Positions 1 through 8,305 of a DNA stretch of 62,922 nucleotides are shown piece by piece. The stretch lies in the IMG/VR virus record IMGVR_UViG_3300048690_000084, positions 1 to 62,922 of that record, one strand, 5' to 3'. A program made the position numbers and the translations under genes. Below the pieces are notes generated by a model. The model was not told where the DNA came from. It saw nothing but the letters and a program-made list of their open reading frames with translations, and did no database searches. The stretch comes from a virus (lineage: Duplodnaviria > Caudoviricetes). Each line of letters opens with the position of its first letter. The first letter of the stretch is position 1.

Positions 1-77
1 TCTGTGCGGCCAAGCTCCGTCTTGGTGTACTGACAGTCGGGTGCCATGCGAAAAGGGATATGGTCCATGAGCTGCAC
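1..77. repeat. Exact terminal overlap with 62679-62755 (circularisation/assembly overlap)
   Basis: First 77 nt identical to 62679-62755; first mismatch at nt 78 (t vs c). Confidence 0.95.
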
Positions 78-169
78 TCTTTCGTGAAAGCCACGAGAGT
101 GCAGGGACCTGCCGCCAATCATCACCGGGAAGCTGCTTTTGAATGGCGGTCGATTGTGGCAACCATAGG

Positions 170-403
170 TCATAGCCCCAGCTCCTTCAGTGCTGCTTGC
201 AGTCCAGCCAAGCCACCGACACGCTGACCCGAAATAAAGCACTGTGGCATCTGTCTGGCTTCAGGGTATTGCTGAGTAAACGCATATTGGATTCCAACAT
301 CGTCAGTGTCCATCTCCGTGTACCCAATCCCCTTGCTGTCCAGCAGCCGCTTGGCCGTGATGCAGGCGGGGCAACCTGATTTTGTATATACGACCACATT
401 CAT
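170..403 (-). CDS. Glutaredoxin
   Basis: VVVYTKSGCPAC active site, PQCFI..QRVGG motif, 77 aa. Confidence 0.92.
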   Translation of the reverse strand: MNVVVYTKSGCPACITAKRLLDSKGIGYTEMDTDDVGIQYAFTQQYPEARQMPQCFISGQRVGGLAGLQAALKELGL

Positions 404-735
404 GTATTTTTCTCCAGAAGCTGTTTTACTTGCTCGTACACATCGTTTCTCTCGTAATTGTCGGCTTCACGCTTATCCCACCCTGCGTAACGCATCTCGT
501 TTTCGCAGTGCTGAAACAACACATACATCTCACGCAAGCAATCCGCAGACTTGCCGTGCAAGGGCCACTGCATTGTCTTTTCCAACATAGCGGCAAGGCG
601 CAAAGGCTTTGGCAGTTTTCCAACCCGCACAAGTTCTGCGGTGTCTTCTTCGGCGTTGTAAGTTTCTTCGGTGTTCATGCTCGTTGCTGCTGTAAAAATT
701 TGGTTGGTTTTGTACGTTGGGTAAGGGTTGCTCAT
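400..735 (-). CDS. Hypothetical protein
   Basis: ORF coupled by ATGA overlaps at both ends; ends LLEKNT. Confidence 0.65.
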   Translation of the reverse strand: MSNPYPTYKTNQIFTAATSMNTEETYNAEEDTAELVRVGKLPKPLRLAAMLEKTMQWPLHGKSADCLREMYVLFQHCENEMRYAGWDKREADNYERNDVYEQVKQLLEKNT

Positions 736-863
736 GACTTCTCCAAAAAGTCTTCGCACTTGCGCTTCCAGCCCCAAGAATCCTTGAGCCAGTACACAGG
801 TGCGTAAAAGCGTGGCTTGTGCAGCATGGCGCAGATCAGCGTTGGCTTAGGCAGTGCTCTCAT
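732..863 (-). CDS. Small hypothetical protein (MRALPKP...)
   Basis: ATGA overlaps with both neighbours. Confidence 0.45.
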   Translation of the reverse strand: MRALPKPTLICAMLHKPRFYAPVYWLKDSWGWKRKCEDFLEKS

Positions 864-910
864 GGTGGCGTGTTTGCACAGCCCGACTTTGTATATACGA
901 CCACATTCAT
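860..910 (-). pseudogene. Truncated duplicate of glutaredoxin 5' end (MNVVVYTKSGCANTPP*)
   Basis: 25 nt (888-912) identical to 381-405; first 11 aa identical to glutaredoxin. Confidence 0.85.
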
Positions 911-1503
911 GTGTTCTTCTCCTTGAGTTTGGCTTCGATGGCACGGGCAAAGTGATAAAGATTTGTGCCATGTGCTTTTAAATCCTCCATGATTGCGCCT
1001 TGCTCTGTAGCTGTCAGCCTAACCCACGCACTCCGTGCTGATTGCCGCTTACGCTCCTCCGGATCTGGTGCTGCCAGTGGCGTAGCCACGTTGGGTGGGG
1101 TGGTGTAGAGAGGTTCGACCTCGCATCCATCCATATCGCCAAGTTCATCATCAAACGCAAGGTATTGGCAGCTTGCACCTTTGTCATAAACCAAATACGC
1201 CACAGGCTCCTGCACAGCAGGTGCTGGCTGTGCCAATACCTTGTCGCTCATTCGCTCAAACAGCTCTTCCCACTTTTTAATTTTCTCAAGATGGTACTCA
1301 AGCGTCACCGTGCCAAATTGACTTGGTTGATTTTCCGGGTCAGTGATTGCCTGTAGGAATTCACTTCCCACAGGCTCCTGCACAGGTGCTGCAAGGGCTT
1401 GCTTGATGGCGGTTATGGCTTTGTTGTGCTCGTAATCTGGCTTTATTTGCGTTGCCAAGTATTCCAACGCCTCCAGCGCCAGCTTCAATGCTTCGTCTTT
1501 CAT
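907..1503 (-). CDS. Modular 'QEPV-repeat' phage protein
   Basis: Start MKDEALK after GGGAGAA; two PVQEPV/AVQEPV motifs; ends EAKLKEKNT. Confidence 0.75.
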   Translation of the reverse strand: MKDEALKLALEALEYLATQIKPDYEHNKAITAIKQALAAPVQEPVGSEFLQAITDPENQPSQFGTVTLEYHLEKIKKWEELFERMSDKVLAQPAPAVQEPVAYLVYDKGASCQYLAFDDELGDMDGCEVEPLYTTPPNVATPLAAPDPEERKRQSARSAWVRLTATEQGAIMEDLKAHGTNLYHFARAIEAKLKEKNT

Positions 1504-1949
1504 GTGTTCTCCCTTGCTTTTGCGTTCTGTTTTCGGATGGCTTCGCACTTTCTGCATAAACGCCAACCACGTTTTGTCACCCATGTGTTTTCTTCGGTAA
1601 ATTCATGATTTCTCAAACAGTGCGTAAAGTTTGATTTGCCAATCGTGCAGATGCGATTTTTCTGCGCCGCATCTCTCATGTTGTCGGTTCTGTCGCCCAA
1701 AAACAAATGGTCTGGATTGACGCAAATCCTGTTGTCGCATTTGTGAAGCACCCACAAACCATCAGGAATCGGCCCATTGGCAAGCATCCACGAGTAGCGA
1801 TGCGCTCCATGACATTTGCGGCCTTCTTCAATCAGGTGGGTAAAAAAAGCTCCGTATCCATTACCGCGAATTGCGCTTTTCCATTCCCAGCACCCGGAGT
1901 CAGTTTGCTTGTCCACCTTCTCCCAGAACCGCTGATCTATTGGCTTCAT
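1500..1949 (-). CDS. HNH homing endonuclease
   Basis: RFWEKVDK..CWEW, AHRYSW, VLHKCDNRICVNPDHLFLG..DN motifs; C-terminal Cys/His finger. Confidence 0.9.
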   Translation of the reverse strand: MKPIDQRFWEKVDKQTDSGCWEWKSAIRGNGYGAFFTHLIEEGRKCHGAHRYSWMLANGPIPDGLWVLHKCDNRICVNPDHLFLGDRTDNMRDAAQKNRICTIGKSNFTHCLRNHEFTEENTWVTKRGWRLCRKCEAIRKQNAKARENT

Positions 1950-2130
1950 TGCTCGTTGGCTTTTCACTTGAACACTCCTTAAGTTGTTCGCACATTCTAC
2001 CACGCTCATCAGCACGAACAAGGGCTTCAAAGGCTTTGATTGAGTCGTTGCCAACAATTGCAAACTGTTTTGGCTGTTGGTGAATATGGATTGCACCAGC
2101 CTCACGGGCCATGTCTATCGTGTCTCTCAT
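1900..2130 (-). CDS. Hypothetical protein (MRDTIDMAREAG...)
   Basis: Start overlaps helicase stop; 3' end runs into HNH gene. Confidence 0.55.
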   Translation of the reverse strand: MRDTIDMAREAGAIHIHQQPKQFAIVGNDSIKAFEALVRADERGRMCEQLKECSSEKPTSNEANRSAVLGEGGQAN

Positions 2131-3596
2131 TTCTTTCCTTTCACATAACGAATAAGCGCAGCCTTCACCGCCTTGTTGAACTCCACGCTCGGCGCTTTCG
2201 GCACATCGTATAAACCTTTGGGCCACACGCCAAACTTGTCTTTGTAGGTGTGCGCCGCTCTGCCTGTGCTCCAGCCGTGGTTCTTCACCATGTACTGGCA
2301 CATGCTGTACCAGTCTTGCTTGCTCTCTCTGGATGCAGCAGCCTTCAACTCTTCCATCTCACCGGGTACAGACTCCACCATGCTGCGCTTGTCTCGCGTG
2401 TAGCCGCAGTGCAGGCAGGTATCCGATCCGCTGGCCCACAGATGGCCGCACTTGGGACACTTGGCCGCCTCTTTCTCTTTCTCGGTCTTTTCCTTCTTGG
2501 CCTTCTCGCGTGCGTCATCCAGCTCATGCACGCCGTTGTTGTAAATCTCTTCCCAATCTTCTTGGAAGCGAATGTAGTTGCCAGAATGATCAAGCCACAC
2601 GGCAAACTCCTTGCCCGCACAGCCGCGCATCACTCGGCCCATCTGTTGCACATGGGATGACAGTGACTTGCTGAATGGGCGAGCGCTCACGCCAATCATC
2701 ACGTCAGGCACATCAAAGCCCTTGGTCAAAATGTCCGTGGCGATCAGGCCATGAATCTCCGTGTCTGGCTTGCTGAAATCTTCAATGACCTCCCGCTTGA
2801 AATCGCTCTCGTCTTCGTAGGAGATGCTGATAAAGTTGTAGCCCTGCTCAGCAAACTTCTTTGACAGGTCGGTGCCATGCGCCACGCCAGAACAGAAGAT
2901 GATGGTCTTGCGAGGCTTACCAAATATCTCGTGCGTCTTTTTGATCCACTCGGACACAATGTCTCCGGTGATCTGCATGCCGCGCTTGGTCGTCTCGCCT
3001 TGATTCCACTCCCCGGTGTTTAGCTTCGTGACGCCGGTCATGTCGATCTCTTTGGCAACGAACACGCGCAAGGGACAAAGAACCTTCTGATCAACCAGCT
3101 CTTTGGTTGTGACCGTGCTCACCACATGTTCGTACACGTTGCCAAGACCCTTTGTGAAGGGTGATGCAGACAGGCCGATGACTTTGATTTCTGGATTATT
3201 CTTGATGAACTCCACCGTCTGCTTGCGCATGGCGTGAGCTTCGTCAACGATCATCAAAGTCAGGCCGGGGAATGAGCCGCGCTTCTCCAGTGTCTGTGCA
3301 CTGCACACTTGAATGTGCTCGTATGGCCGATACCGCCAGTGACCAGACTGAAGCACGCCATGCTCGATGTTGTACTTCTCCAGACGCTGGCTTGTCTGAT
3401 CGCACAAGATGATCCGGTCCAAGATCATGGCCGCACGATTACCCTTCTTGTGGGTTGCATCCAACAGCGCGATTGCCATCTCAGTCTTGCCAGCACCCGT
3501 TGGGGCATACAGCATCTGAGCTTTGTACCCAGCAGCAAACCCCTTCCTCAAACCATCCAGCGAACCGGATTGGTACTCTCGTAATTCCAACGCCAT
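2127..3596 (-). CDS. Superfamily 2 (DEAH) helicase with C-terminal Zn ribbon
   Basis: LREYQ, APTGAGKT, VDEAH, SASP, KGFDVPD, QQMGRVMR, CPKC..CLHC. Confidence 0.95.
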   Translation of the reverse strand: MALELREYQSGSLDGLRKGFAAGYKAQMLYAPTGAGKTEMAIALLDATHKKGNRAAMILDRIILCDQTSQRLEKYNIEHGVLQSGHWRYRPYEHIQVCSAQTLEKRGSFPGLTLMIVDEAHAMRKQTVEFIKNNPEIKVIGLSASPFTKGLGNVYEHVVSTVTTKELVDQKVLCPLRVFVAKEIDMTGVTKLNTGEWNQGETTKRGMQITGDIVSEWIKKTHEIFGKPRKTIIFCSGVAHGTDLSKKFAEQGYNFISISYEDESDFKREVIEDFSKPDTEIHGLIATDILTKGFDVPDVMIGVSARPFSKSLSSHVQQMGRVMRGCAGKEFAVWLDHSGNYIRFQEDWEEIYNNGVHELDDAREKAKKEKTEKEKEAAKCPKCGHLWASGSDTCLHCGYTRDKRSMVESVPGEMEELKAAASRESKQDWYSMCQYMVKNHGWSTGRAAHTYKDKFGVWPKGLYDVPKAPSVEFNKAVKAALIRYVKGKK

Positions 3597-3643
3597 TTGT
3601 TTCTCCAACTGCCAGCACACATGCCCGCTGGCTTGGGCAATGA

Positions 3644-4462
3644 TCACTCTGCCTTCTTGAGTTGACGCTGCATCGACAGCACTTGCTTCTTGAGCTGGCT
3701 GTTCTCTGACTGGTACTGATCACGGCTTTGCTTGACTGCGGCCAGCTCAATCTTTGTTACGCGCAAGTCCTCACGCAGCTCTTCAATCAGGGCTGTGGCA
3801 GCCTGTTTGTCTTCTGGTGAGGCATCCATGCCAGCAACTGCAACGCGGGCCTTCAGCTCCTCATTCTCGGCCAGCAGCATGTCGATGGCCTCTTGGTTGT
3901 GGTCTTCCTTCTCTGCTTGAGGCGGGATGACCCCTGGACCTTTAAGCTCTGGCTCTTTGACTGGACGACCGGGCGCCTTGGCCTTGACCGCGACATTGCC
4001 ATCCTTTGTCTTGTACTTCACAACAGCAGGGCCACCGCTGTCACGCAAGCTGGCCACGAAAGTTGGTGACACGCCGCATCGACGAGCGATCTCGCTGTTG
4101 CTCCAATCACTCCACTCGAAGTCATCCAGCAGCGTCATCACGGACTTGCGCTTGTCTGCATAGGTCCGGCGCATGCCATGGTTTGCATTCACACCAGCAG
4201 AGTGCAGGATTGCGTCACGCAGGGTGCCCTGAAGCACATCACACTGAATGCTGACCTTCTCGGCACGCTTGTGTGCAAGCACGCGATGGTAGCCGTCCGT
4301 CAGGTAATAGTTGATGCCGTCAAAGTACACCAGCACTGGCGGAAACTCTGCGCCGTCTTTGATTGCATCCACGTAATCGGCAACAGTGTCTTCGCTGATT
4401 TCTGTTCTCGACTGCAGGCGCTCGTCCATCACGAGTGCGCCAATGTTCATCACTTTATTCAT
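3644..4462 (-). CDS. ParB-like N-terminal domain protein with HTH and coiled coil
   Basis: FPPVLV..LTDGYHRV motif; SNSEIARRCGVSPTFV HTH. Confidence 0.8.
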   Translation of the reverse strand: MNKVMNIGALVMDERLQSRTEISEDTVADYVDAIKDGAEFPPVLVYFDGINYYLTDGYHRVLAHKRAEKVSIQCDVLQGTLRDAILHSAGVNANHGMRRTYADKRKSVMTLLDDFEWSDWSNSEIARRCGVSPTFVASLRDSGGPAVVKYKTKDGNVAVKAKAPGRPVKEPELKGPGVIPPQAEKEDHNQEAIDMLLAENEELKARVAVAGMDASPEDKQAATALIEELREDLRVTKIELAAVKQSRDQYQSENSQLKKQVLSMQRQLKKAE

Positions 4463-4608
4463 TTGCCATCCTTCATTGTCCAGCCCAGCAGAAACCATCT
4501 CCAGTACGTCTGGATGTTGGTGTTGTCGTACTTCTCGCCATCCCAACCCGGGGCTGCTTTGCCCTTGGTCATGAGGATCGCCTCAAACTGTTTTCGCGCT
4601 TCGTTCAT
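4459..4608 (-). CDS. Small hypothetical protein
   Basis: 49-aa ORF translated by hand (MNEARKQFE...), ATGA overlaps. Confidence 0.55.
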   Translation of the reverse strand: MNEARKQFEAILMTKGKAAPGWDGEKYDNTNIQTYWRWFLLGWTMKDGK

Positions 4609-4793
4609 TTCTTTTCCTTGTAGATTTTGAGGTGACTTGGTATCTCACCTTTGGTTGATCGGCCCCTTGTTGCCGACATCGATTTCCGCAAAGAATCATC
4701 GTTCGCCATCACGCTTTCCTTCGGGGTCTTCCAGCTCGTGAATGCGTTGCTCTGACTCTTGACTATCCGTGTTCCCGGCCAATGAATTTCCAT
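4605..4793 (-). CDS. Hypothetical protein
   Basis: MEIHWPGTRIVKS..., coupled to neighbour. Confidence 0.55.
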   Translation of the reverse strand: MEIHWPGTRIVKSQSNAFTSWKTPKESVMANDDSLRKSMSATRGRSTKGEIPSHLKIYKEKK

Positions 4794-4905
4794 CTTTAAT
4801 GTCCCTTGAAAAAATGTGATCCCATCGCTGGGCGTACTGTTGATCGCTGATGGCCATTGGCCTGCGACCCGATCCCTTTCCACCATCTCCGTGCATTGCT
4901 CTCTC

Positions 4906-5364
4906 CTATAGAAAATTAATCTTTGGCGACCGACTTCTGATCATGTCCGTCACCTTCTTTATGTGCTTCTCGTACACGCTTCGGGCCACCGATGTTCTTT
5001 GCAGCTCATGCCACTCAATGATGTCTTGGAAGCTCTGCAATCCAAGCGCCGTGGAGCCCATCTTTCCGATCCGATCGAACCTTTCTTTGGCATCCAGCAA
5101 GTGCATCTCTGCGATCTTGCAAGGGACCATCACTTCGGGGCCGATGTTTGCGGAGGCCATGCTTTCTGCCAGCCTGACCACCGCATTTATGTTGTTCCAG
5201 TCCTGCTTCTGAGCGGTTCCATTCCTGAATGCCTCCATGCTGCCGCGCTCTTTTTTGCGCAAGATTTCCAAGCTCTCCTCGTCTGTAATTGATGCGCCCG
5301 ACATCGCGTGCGTGATCGGGTTGATGCTCGTATCCCAGATTTTTCTTCGTGTTTGTTTTCGCAT
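4906..5364 (-). CDS. Hypothetical protein
   Basis: MRKQTRRKIW..., directly downstream of a leftward promoter-like sequence. Confidence 0.7.
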   Translation of the reverse strand: MRKQTRRKIWDTSINPITHAMSGASITDEESLEILRKKERGSMEAFRNGTAQKQDWNNINAVVRLAESMASANIGPEVMVPCKIAEMHLLDAKERFDRIGKMGSTALGLQSFQDIIEWHELQRTSVARSVYEKHIKKVTDMIRSRSPKINFL

Positions 5365-5371
5365 GGACTTG

Positions 5372-5446
5372 ATGTTACACGACTTTGCAGATTTCTGCAA
5401 TAAGCTGAAAAAAAATGTTGATTGGTGTTGATAACTGCATTAGACT
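5372..5446. promoter_or_regulatory. Divergent sigma70-like promoters
   Basis: Plus: TTGATT(5418)-N17-TAGACT(5441); minus: TTGCAG-N17-TAACAT (5400-5372). Confidence 0.55.
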
Positions 5447-5455
5447 ACACCCAAG

Positions 5456-5476
5456 GAACTTCCACCGTGGAAGTTC
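5456..5476. promoter_or_regulatory. Perfect dyad GAACTTCCAC-C-GTGGAAGTTC, putative operator
   Basis: Just downstream of the -10 box; the same 19-bp core recurs at 17395-17413. Confidence 0.6.
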
Positions 5477-5493
5477 TCCACAGGAGAAAACAC

Positions 5494-5832
5494 ATGACAG
5501 CAACACGGTTCGCGCCCGTGCACAACATCTTTACGGGTCAAGATGTTATCGAGCTTGTACCCATTCCAGCAGCACCGGCAAAGGGCACCAAAGGAACAAC
5601 ACTGCACGATGACAAGTTCGACAAGCTTGCCAAATTTGACCAAGCCTTGAAGGTGCCCGAGTACCAGTTTGGCGGCATGAGGAAAGCACTGCAACGCTAC
5701 CTTGACAACAAGGGCCTGCGCGGCACAGTATCCATGCGCCAAAAAAAAGATCACAAGACCAAGTCATACACGATCTGGCTTGTTAATGAGCCGCCACAGG
5801 TTGTGATACCACGCAAAGGAGAAAAGAAATGA
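5494..5832 (+). CDS. Hypothetical protein
   Basis: AGGAG RBS, ATG 5494. Confidence 0.75.
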   Translation: MTATRFAPVHNIFTGQDVIELVPIPAAPAKGTKGTTLHDDKFDKLAKFDQALKVPEYQFGGMRKALQRYLDNKGLRGTVSMRQKKDHKTKSYTIWLVNEPPQVVIPRKGEKK

Positions 5833-6092
5833 ATACAGAAGAAGATGAGTTCAACCGCATCGAGCGGGAGGCGGCCATGCGAACGGCATCGGGGCCAACG
5901 GGAATTGAGGCCATGGTCTGTGCCGACATCGCAAAGCGCCAGAGATTCGGCATGAACAAGTACGGCATCAGCGTGCAGGACAACCCTCTGGCCTTGCGTG
6001 AATGGTTGAACCACGCTTATGAAGAAGCCATGGACTTCGCGGTCTATCTGCGCCGAGCAATTGAAGAACTGGACAAGCAGGGCGGCAAATGA
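5829..6092 (+). CDS. Conserved phage protein, possibly all-alpha NTP pyrophosphatase-like
   Basis: KYG..WLNHAYEEAMDFAVYL (EExxD) pattern. Confidence 0.55.
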   Translation: MNTEEDEFNRIEREAAMRTASGPTGIEAMVCADIAKRQRFGMNKYGISVQDNPLALREWLNHAYEEAMDFAVYLRRAIEELDKQGGK

Positions 6093-6277
6093 AAATATCA
6101 ACCACGGCATGGGCCATCAAGCTGCGCGGCCGGAGCTTCTACAAAATGTCCACCGGCGGCGCAGTCACGCTTACAACCAAGCAAGATGCAGTCATCTATG
6201 CCGAGAACATCACACGAACCACGGGCATAAAGGCCGAAGCAGTCCGCGTCAAAGTACGCATAGAGGAGACGACATGA
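6089..6277 (+). CDS. Hypothetical protein
   Basis: Coupled ORF. Confidence 0.6.
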   Translation: MKISTTAWAIKLRGRSFYKMSTGGAVTLTTKQDAVIYAENITRTTGIKAEAVRVKVRIEETT

Positions 6278-6576
6278 GAGGCATAACAAAGCCAGACTGG
6301 GTTGGGCTTCGTGCCCTATATCTGTTGCTTGCGTCCGATACGAGTGCAGCACTGTCGCCGGAAGTCCAGCGCATCATTCGCTACTACCGGGAAAAATACA
6401 GCACGGAAATCTTTTATCCGGCCATGGCGAAAATTGCCAGAGACAACGCATGGCGCGGAACATTCAGCGACCCGCAAGTGGCCTTTGCTCGAAAACTTGA
6501 CAAGTCCATCCACGTCACCCAAAGAGACGAAGAATTTTCAGAAGCAATCCAAGACATCACCAAGGAGCAATCATGA
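6274..6576 (+). CDS. Hypothetical protein
   Basis: GAGGAG RBS, ATGA overlap. Confidence 0.65.
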   Translation: MRGITKPDWVGLRALYLLLASDTSAALSPEVQRIIRYYREKYSTEIFYPAMAKIARDNAWRGTFSDPQVAFARKLDKSIHVTQRDEEFSEAIQDITKEQS

Positions 6577-6764
6577 TCGACGTATACCCAACCCGCATAG
6601 AGGCCGTAGACGAGGACCAGAACGTCCTGTTCATCCTAAATTTGGAAGATGGCGGCTGCTGCACCATGCACATCAAAAGCCCACTCCTTCTTGACCAGTC
6701 CAACCTAGAAAAAGTTCTGACCGCCGTGCGCCGAGGCGTGCAGATGCTTGGACTGGAGGATTGA
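6573..6764 (+). CDS. Hypothetical protein
   Basis: AAGGAG RBS, coupled. Confidence 0.6.
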   Translation: MIDVYPTRIEAVDEDQNVLFILNLEDGGCCTMHIKSPLLLDQSNLEKVLTAVRRGVQMLGLED

Positions 6765-7480
6765 GCGTGACAACTGAATTGATCAGGTCCACGATGCGAT
6801 TTATGTCCGATGCCGGCATAGATCCAACAGAGCTTCAGTGGTTTGATTCAACCGGGATGTTTCAAGACAAAACTCACGTTGATTCAGATCCGTTGCTCGA
6901 ATGCAGGCCGCCATTTGAAAAGTGCATGGTTGTGTTTCAGGGAAAGACCACCAGCGGAAGGCCAATGGAAATGTTTATGACTGTTGCTGGCGACGACCCA
7001 GAGGATGGGATTGCCGTATCCGTCTGGCGAGCGCCTGCTGGAGGTAAACCGGTGGCTAGTCCTGTATTGGTGTACGCGATAGATGGTGGCCTAGTGCGCT
7101 ACGGCGCGGCAGAAGAAAAAGAAAATATCGAAGAGAAGGAGGCCCAGATGATTCTTGGCTTCATCTCCGCTTGGTACAAGTCCATCTCGCAAAAGGCGCA
7201 GAGCTATCGGCCTGTTGCGCGTGACACTTTCACAAACCGTCGCAAGATGCAGCAAGGAAAGCTTCCAATATACGATTGGACAACGGTCTACATTGAGCCC
7301 GTCAAGGCGAGATCCGAGGATAAAGGAGGTACTCATGCCTCCCCTCGTTTGCATGACCGTAGAGGCCACCTGCGCCGCCTGCGAAACGGCAAGAACGTGT
7401 GGGTCAAGCCGTGCAAGGTTGGAGATCCCTCAATAGGCAAAGTCTTCCATGACTACGCCATCAAATCGGAGCCCGCCTAG
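6761..7480 (+). CDS. Hypothetical phage protein with basic HASPRLHDRRGHLRRL motif
   Basis: 239-aa ORF followed by a terminator. Confidence 0.75.
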   Translation: MSVTTELIRSTMRFMSDAGIDPTELQWFDSTGMFQDKTHVDSDPLLECRPPFEKCMVVFQGKTTSGRPMEMFMTVAGDDPEDGIAVSVWRAPAGGKPVASPVLVYAIDGGLVRYGAAEEKENIEEKEAQMILGFISAWYKSISQKAQSYRPVARDTFTNRRKMQQGKLPIYDWTTVYIEPVKARSEDKGGTHASPRLHDRRGHLRRLRNGKNVWVKPCKVGDPSIGKVFHDYAIKSEPA

Positions 7481-7494
7481 TGCGGGTTTTTTTA
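7471..7494 (+). terminator. Intrinsic terminator
   Basis: GCCCGC-CTAGT-GCGGGT followed by a T tract. Confidence 0.75.
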
Positions 7495-7519
7495 TAACCA
7501 AAATTTTGTCAAATCAAAA

Positions 7520-7835
7520 AATTCCAAGGCAGAGCTACGCCGGGTGACTGGGACCCCGTATCTGAGGTATCCAGTCACCGTACCCACCACAGCCGCGCAT
7601 CTGTCGGCTCTGTAGCTGGTTGGCATCCATCGCTGGGTAGCCCGTCATAAACGACTGTTTCATCGGGAGGAGTGCTGTAGCCGTCACCGTTATCACTCAT
7701 GCCTGCGCCAGTACCACAGTTAGTCTGGCACGCCCCCGTTGGTCGTTCGGAGACGATAGTCATTTCTGGGTGCCGGAGATTTCTGCCGCATAAGCTAACG
7801 CGCCCTGACGCCCGACTACCTGTCGGGGAGGTAGT
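7520..7835 (-). ncRNA. Putative structured non-coding RNA
   Basis: At least six stems, G-U pairs favouring the minus strand, a GCGA tetraloop; no convincing CDS. Confidence 0.45.
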
Positions 7836-7837
7836 TT

Positions 7838-8128
7838 TCAGTTCATTGAGGCATCAACCGGCTTACCATTCTCAATCCCAACGCGATGCTTAACTTCAAC
7901 CACGTAGTACGTGAAGTTGATATTGCCATGCCCAACTGCAGTAGCTGCATGCTGGCGTGCGGCATCCAAGGCTACATCGTAGGTTTCATGGAGAGTTTTG
8001 AACTTTGCGCTGCACCCGGAGTCTGAGCGCATGAACACAGCAAACCTTGGATCGGTTGCATTGTGCAATTGCTGCACTGTGTGCCGGACTGTTCCGGGCT
8101 TTGGCTTTGTTTTGTATTGATGTGGCAC
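7838..8128 (-). CDS. Hypothetical protein
   Basis: GTG start after AAGGA RBS, downstream of promoter and leader. Confidence 0.65.
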   Translation of the reverse strand: MPHQYKTKPKPGTVRHTVQQLHNATDPRFAVFMRSDSGCSAKFKTLHETYDVALDAARQHAATAVGHGNINFTYYVVEVKHRVGIENGKPVDASMN

Positions 8129-8167
8129 GCCTGATCCTTTTAAGGAAATCGAAGCGGCACAAATTGA

Positions 8168-8296
8168 AAAACCGTTATTGAATCGCCCTCAGTTGCGGCC
8201 TTGTTTTACCAAGGTGAGGATGATTCGATAACGGTTTTATGCTGTGTCCGCAACGACAACGCCTCCAGTATATCAAAGACGTTGGTGGACGTGCAA
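8168..8296 (-). promoter_or_regulatory. Promoter plus long leader hairpin with a possible pseudoknot (C4/a1b1-like layout)
   Basis: TTGCAC-N18-TATACT with extended TG; 17-bp stem 8168-8184/8222-8238; bulged GTTGCGG complementary to CCGCAAC 8248-8254. Confidence 0.55.
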
Positions 8297-8305
8297 GAAT
8301 TATTT

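Noticed and set aside
7650-7670. Hammerhead ribozyme core (CCGATGAAAC on minus strand)
   Set aside because: Lacks CUGAUGA and correctly spaced GAAA/stems
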